From Clostridiales bacterium (GTDB lineage Bacteria; Bacillota; Clostridia; Oscillospirales; CAG-272), in assembly GCA_012837425.1 (NCBI GenBank), contig DURE01000006.1:11462-75461 (forward strand): DNA of 64,000 bases, in the 5' to 3' direction. The notes beneath the pieces are model-generated. The model worked only from the letters and a program-made list of their open reading frames with translations, ran no database searches and was not told the DNA's origin. Numbering within the stretch: position 1 is the first letter of the stretch; each line of letters starts with the position of its first letter. This document shows positions 59,456-64,000 of the stretch, piece after piece. The position numbers and the translations under genes were made by a program.

Positions 59456-61843
59456 TTATTTAAGTTCAAGTACGGTCACTCCCCCGTCGCCCTCTCCCCA
59501 AACTCCGAGCCGGAATGCGGCAACCCGCTTATCGCCTTTGAGGAAGCGCCAGAGCGCATTTTTCAGCGCACCGGTGCCCTTGCCGTGAATCAGCCTGACC
59601 GAACTGACCCCGAACATAATAGCCTCGTCGATGTACCTGTCGACAAGATACCAGGCCTCCTCGCCGGTAAGCCCGCGCAGGTCTATCTCGGGGCTAAATT
59701 CCCTCGTTGCTTTATGAATATGCTCGGCAGCCCGAGGCTGAGGTGTGCTATGGCCAGCCGAGGCCGTATCGTCCTCAATCAGCTTCAGGTTCTCGATGTT
59801 TGTCTTAATACGCGTCGTGCCGACCTCAACCACAACCCCGCCCGACTTGTCGGGTGCCTCAATGAGCCTGCCGCTTGACCCTAAGTTGCGCAGGTACACC
59901 ATGTCCCCCTTTTCAAGCGGCCGTGGGAGAATATAGCCGTCGTCCTCGGTTTTTTCAACCGGGTTGTATTTGTCGGCAGAGGTGCGCAGGTGTGCCCTTA
60001 TCTCCTGCCTTGCACGCTCGAGCGCCTGCTCCGACCGCTCGCGCTCAAACTCTTTCTTGGTCTTTTCAAGCCTGTCGAAAATAAAATCACTCGACGCCCG
60101 GGCGCTCTCGACTATCACCCGCGCCTTTTCTCTTGCTTTCTCAAGCTCAGCCTCGGCCTGCTTTTGGCTGGATATGAGCTTTTTCTCGGCCTCGGCCTTG
60201 AATTTTTCGTACTCGGCGCGCAGCCGGGCAAGCTCCTCGCGTTGGCGCTCGGTCTCAATCCTGCTCCGCTCGAGCTTTTCTATCACAACCTCAAAACGCC
60301 GGCTGTCGGGGCTTACCGAGCGCCTTGCACGCCCGATGATTTCGGCCGGCAACCCCAGCTTTTCGGATATGGCAAAGGCGTTGGATTTGCCGGGAGTTCC
60401 GATAATCAGCCGGTAGGTCGGCATGAGGGTTTCAATATCAAATTCGCAGGAAGCGTTGTCGACTCCCTCGGTCTCAAGCGCGTAGGCCTTAAGCTCGGCA
60501 TAGTGTGTGGTGGCGGCGCAGATTGCGCCCTTTCCGCGCACCGCTTCAATAATTGCGATGGCCAGTGCCGCACCCTCTATTGGGTCGGTGCCGACACCCA
60601 GCTCGTCAAAGAGCACCAGAGACCGGTCGGTTATTTGCCTGATTATCGATACTATATTCACCATATGCGCCGAGAAGGTTGAGAGTGACTGCTCTATGCT
60701 CTGCTCGTCTCCGATGTCGGCCAGCACGTTGTCAAAGACGCATATCTCAGAGGGCTCGCCGGCCGGGATGTGTAGCCCGGCCTGAGCCATTATGGTCAGC
60801 AGCCCGAGTGTTTTTAGTGACACGGTTTTGCCGCCGGTGTTGGGGCCGGTGATTATCAGGGTGTCTCGCCCCCGCCCTATCTCGATGTCTATCGGCACAA
60901 CCTTATCCTTGTCTATGAGCGGATGCCTTGCTCGGCGCAGCGAGATTGACTTCTCACCAGATATTGCCGGGGCGACGCCGTTCATCCTGAAGGATAGCTC
61001 ACCGCAGGCAAAGACAAAGGCAAGTTCGGTTATGATATCATAATTGAGCCATATGGTATCCGAGACGCTGTCGACCTCGGCCGACAGGGCGGCGAGTATT
61101 TTTTCAATTTCGTATGCTTCGGCGGCCTCAAGCTCGCGCAGCTCGTTGTTGGCCTCAACCACGTCATAGGGCTCGACAAATATGGTAGCGCCCGACGCCG
61201 AGGTGTCGTGAACCAGGCCCTTTATATCGTTTTTGCATTCGATTTTTACCGGCACGACATACCGGCCGCCGCGCTGGGTCACGATGTTTTCCTGGAGGTA
61301 TTTTGAATACGCCCCGCTTGTGTACTTTGAGAGCAGGTCCTTTATTTTATTGTTTACAGACTTAATTCTCCGTCGGATGTCCGAGAGCCGGCTGCTTGCA
61401 TTATCGGCGATTTGGTCCTCGGCAAGAATTGCATTCAGAATATGCTCCTCAACCTGCCGCTCGGGTGTGAGCCGTTCGAAAATTTCATCGAGCGAGGTTT
61501 CAAAGAGCTTGTTTGTCCTTATATATTCTTTTAGCGAGCGGGTGGTGCGAAGCAGGTTCGCGACATCAAGCAGCTCGCGCGTGGTGAGTATCGCCCCGAG
61601 TTTGGCTCGCTCGGTGACTTTTAACATGTCCCGGACATTACCGAATGAGGGCGTCCCCTTGGCACCGATAAGCCGCCTGGCGTCGCTCGTGTGCCTCAGT
61701 CGGCGCAGGACCTCGGTGACATCTGCGCTCGGCGCAAGCGACATGGCAAGCTCCCTTGACCCCTCGGTCTGCGCGCAGGCGGCAAGCATTGCCCGGATTT
61801 TATCAAATTCAAGCGTTGTAAGCGTTTTTTCTGAAAATTGCAT
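59456..61843 (-). CDS. mutS2: Endonuclease MutS2
   Basis: LEFDKI, HD.SASGAT.FVEP, TGPNTGGKT, DIGDEQSIEQSLSTFS, C-terminal Smr domain (DLRG, IHGKGTG). Confidence 0.96.
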   Translation of the reverse strand: MQFSEKTLTTLEFDKIRAMLAACAQTEGSRELAMSLAPSADVTEVLRRLRHTSDARRLIGAKGTPSFGNVRDMLKVTERAKLGAILTTRELLDVANLLRTTRSLKEYIRTNKLFETSLDEIFERLTPERQVEEHILNAILAEDQIADNASSRLSDIRRRIKSVNNKIKDLLSKYTSGAYSKYLQENIVTQRGGRYVVPVKIECKNDIKGLVHDTSASGATIFVEPYDVVEANNELRELEAAEAYEIEKILAALSAEVDSVSDTIWLNYDIITELAFVFACGELSFRMNGVAPAISGEKSISLRRARHPLIDKDKVVPIDIEIGRGRDTLIITGPNTGGKTVSLKTLGLLTIMAQAGLHIPAGEPSEICVFDNVLADIGDEQSIEQSLSTFSAHMVNIVSIIRQITDRSLVLFDELGVGTDPIEGAALAIAIIEAVRGKGAICAATTHYAELKAYALETEGVDNASCEFDIETLMPTYRLIIGTPGKSNAFAISEKLGLPAEIIGRARRSVSPDSRRFEVVIEKLERSRIETERQREELARLRAEYEKFKAEAEKKLISSQKQAEAELEKAREKARVIVESARASSDFIFDRLEKTKKEFERERSEQALERARQEIRAHLRTSADKYNPVEKTEDDGYILPRPLEKGDMVYLRNLGSSGRLIEAPDKSGGVVVEVGTTRIKTNIENLKLIEDDTASAGHSTPQPRAAEHIHKATREFSPEIDLRGLTGEEAWYLVDRYIDEAIMFGVSSVRLIHGKGTGALKNALWRFLKGDKRVAAFRLGVWGEGDGGVTVLELK

Positions 61844-61971
61844 TTCTATCCTCTGGTAGTTTCTCGTTTCCAATTTCTCGTTTCTAATAAGTTTATCAGA
61901 CATACTAATTGAATTTATTAAGTATCAATTTATGTATGAGCCCTATTTTTGTTTGAAATTTCTGAAGATTC

Positions 61972-62056
61972 TTAAGGGACTTTTTAAAAAAGGTCCCTTG
62001 AGCGGGGGTTTGGGAGCAGCGCCCCCGAAGGAAGGCGGGGTGTGGGGCGGAGCCCG
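61972..62056 (+). repeat. Intergenic repeat, modules D+A+A (locus 5)
   Basis: aagggact...ggtccctt-gagcgggggtttgggagcagcgcccc; ggcggggtgtggggcggagccc. Confidence 0.8.
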
Positions 62057-62058
62057 AG

Positions 62059-62850
62059 CTATCCCACAAGCGACTTGTAAAAGTTCAGCGAGTCGAAGCC
62101 CCGCTCAAGGTGGTTTAATAGATAGGCCTCGGCAGCCCGGTGAAACTCGCGGCAGGCCGCCGGGTCGGTGATTCTGAAGGAGAACATCCGCTCGGGCAGG
62201 GCGCTGAGTGCATAGCGCGCCCCGGCCAGCGCCGGGGCCGACAGGGGCATCAGGATACTTCGCTCGTAAACCGGGTCGGAGTCCTCTTGGGGCTCTGCCG
62301 CCGGCTGCCTGTTAAGACAGACCGGGCAGACAAGCCGGCCGTTCATGACATCAAGGTATGTAACCCCGGCATTGTCGGAGCGGCAGAGGGCGCAATGCGA
62401 AATATCCGGCATATACCCGGCATACCCGGCGGCCCTGAACTCATATACCGCCTTGATGTCGGCGGCCGGCCGTATTTCTTTGGCGATTGCGTAGAGCGTG
62501 TTCAGGGTCATCCTGAGTATATCTACTGCCGGAACCAGCTCGCCGGTCACCTCGGCAGCGACATCGCTGATATAGGCCGAAAGTGAGAGCTTTTCGATGT
62601 CGGCGCGTATATCGCTGAAAAACTCGATAACCGAGCCGCCCCGCAGCCAGTTTGTGTCGCCCTTGCGGTATATTTCGTAGCTCCCGTAAACATAGGGCTG
62701 GCAGGCCGAGGCGAATCTGCTCCTCGGCGAGCGCACGCCCTTGGCTATGACGCTGATTCTGCCCTGCTCGGGGGTAAGGAGGGTCAGAATGCGGTCATAA
62801 TCGCTGGTATCCATGCACCTGAGCACCAGCGCCTCGGTTGAAAACAGCAT
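62059..62850 (-). CDS. recO: DNA repair protein RecO
   Basis: DRILTLLT...G.I...AKG.R, CxxC..CxxC zinc finger, follows era. Confidence 0.92.
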   Translation of the reverse strand: MLFSTEALVLRCMDTSDYDRILTLLTPEQGRISVIAKGVRSPRSRFASACQPYVYGSYEIYRKGDTNWLRGGSVIEFFSDIRADIEKLSLSAYISDVAAEVTGELVPAVDILRMTLNTLYAIAKEIRPAADIKAVYEFRAAGYAGYMPDISHCALCRSDNAGVTYLDVMNGRLVCPVCLNRQPAAEPQEDSDPVYERSILMPLSAPALAGARYALSALPERMFSFRITDPAACREFHRAAEAYLLNHLERGFDSLNFYKSLVG

Positions 62851-62873
62851 CTGCCGCCCTCCTCCTTTGGTGT

Positions 62874-63758
62874 TTATTCGTCCCTGTAACCGAAATTCCT
62901 CACCATACCGGCGTTCTCACGCCAGTTTTCCTTTACCTTTACCCAAAGATCCAGATAAACCTTTTTGTCGAAAAAGCGCTCAAGCTCCTCGCGCGCATAT
63001 GTCCCGGCAAGTTTCAGTGCCGCGCCGCCCTTCCCGATTATAATCTTCTTGTGTGACTGCCGCTCGCAGAAAATCTCGGCGCGGACGCTGATAAGCTTCT
63101 CCTCGTCTGAGAATTCCTCGATAACAACCGCTATCCCGTGCGGCACCTCCTGATTCAGTGTCCGCAGCAGCTTTTCGCGGATTATCTCGGCGGCAATCTG
63201 CCGCTCGGGCTGGTCGGTTAGCATATCCTCCGGGAAATACCATTCGGATTCGGTCAGGAAATTTTTGCATTCCTCAAGCAATATGTCAATATTTTTGCTT
63301 TTTTTTGCGCTTATCGGCACTACTGCGTCAAAATCATGCAGTTCGGCATAGGCGGCTATAGTCCCGGCCAACCTTTCTCTGGTAGAAAGGTCAATTTTGT
63401 TAATTGCCAAAATAGAGCCGGTCCCCGACTCCTTGAGGTAGGCGATAACATTCTCCTCGGCAACCGATATCGGTTTGTTGACATCTGCCACCAGTATCAC
63501 CGCGTCGGCCTCCCGCATCGTTTGGTCGGCAGTCCTTGCCATATAGTCGCCCAGCAGGTTTCTTGGCTTTAGCATCCCCGGGGTGTCGAGAAAGACATAT
63601 TGACAGTCGCCCACATTGTGGATTCCGGTTACCCGGTTGCGGGTGGTCTGGGGCTTGTTTGAGATTATCGAGACCTTCTCGCCGAGAATAGCGTTGAGCA
63701 GTGTCGATTTGCCGACATTCGGACGCCCCACAATCGCTATAAATCCTGTTTTTCTCAT
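62874..63758 (-). CDS. era: GTPase Era
   Basis: GRPNVGKST, QTTR, DTPG, NKID, KH domain IIGKGG. Confidence 0.97.
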   Translation of the reverse strand: MRKTGFIAIVGRPNVGKSTLLNAILGEKVSIISNKPQTTRNRVTGIHNVGDCQYVFLDTPGMLKPRNLLGDYMARTADQTMREADAVILVADVNKPISVAEENVIAYLKESGTGSILAINKIDLSTRERLAGTIAAYAELHDFDAVVPISAKKSKNIDILLEECKNFLTESEWYFPEDMLTDQPERQIAAEIIREKLLRTLNQEVPHGIAVVIEEFSDEEKLISVRAEIFCERQSHKKIIIGKGGAALKLAGTYAREELERFFDKKVYLDLWVKVKENWRENAGMVRNFGYRDE

Positions 63759-64000
63759 GCTCCGGGGTGCTCCCCGAGTCCTATGGATTCCAGAATCCGG
63801 CGCTGGCGGCGCCGCATGTCAAGGTCGGCCTCCTCGCCTCTCTCGTGGTCGTATCCCAAGAGGTGCAGCATGGCGTGCGCGCAGAGAAAGGCGACCTCCC
63901 GCTCATAGCTGTGACCGTACTCCTCGGCCTGCCGCCGCGCTCTCTCAAGCGAAATCACAATATCCCCGAGCACCAGTGGCTCGTCTGAGGTCACCGGCCC
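63755..64000 (-). CDS. ybeY: rRNA maturation RNase YbeY (5' end lies outside the window)
   Basis: LGDIVIS, HAMLHLLGYDH. Confidence 0.93.
   Translation of the reverse strand, partial: GPVTSDEPLVLGDIVISLERARRQAEEYGHSYEREVAFLCAHAMLHLLGYDHERGEEADLDMRRRQRRILESIGLGEHPGA

Noticed and set aside
61859-61888. Short duplication tttctcgtttc(c/t)aat upstream of mutS2
   Set aside because: Only two units; it extends the ORF upstream, but the RBS supports the ATG at 61843

Overview
Chromosomal window from a Bacillota (Clostridia-type) bacterium, inferred from gene content such as the ispH-rpsA fusion, the homodimeric GlyRS, miaB-ylbF-mutS-mutL and sigma-A promoters. Most genes lie on the - strand and are housekeeping: clpC, a Xer-type recombinase, glyQS, tldD/pmbA, tgt, mutSL, miaB, apbE, tRNA-Val(GAC), manA, uvrA, ispH-rpsA, plsC, cmk, murE, prs, mutS2, recO, era and ybeY. 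An accessory block at about 24-38 kb holds a LacI-controlled secreted-protein cluster, a broken ECF sigma/anti-sigma pair and a cobalamin-riboswitch ECF module. No transposase, prophage or CRISPR array was recognised. The most notable observations are: (1) two unrelated secreted proteins share a non-LPxTG C-terminal tail (TTKAPE linker, then GCxS, a hydrophobic helix and a basic end), a candidate Cys-based protein-sorting system; (2) a modular intergenic repeat family occurs at five loci, four of them between convergent genes; (3) a stand-alone N-terminal domain of a D-Asp ligase is coupled to an Asp racemase and a MurE with a non-mDAP motif. All family assignments come from motif recognition by eye, not from database searches.
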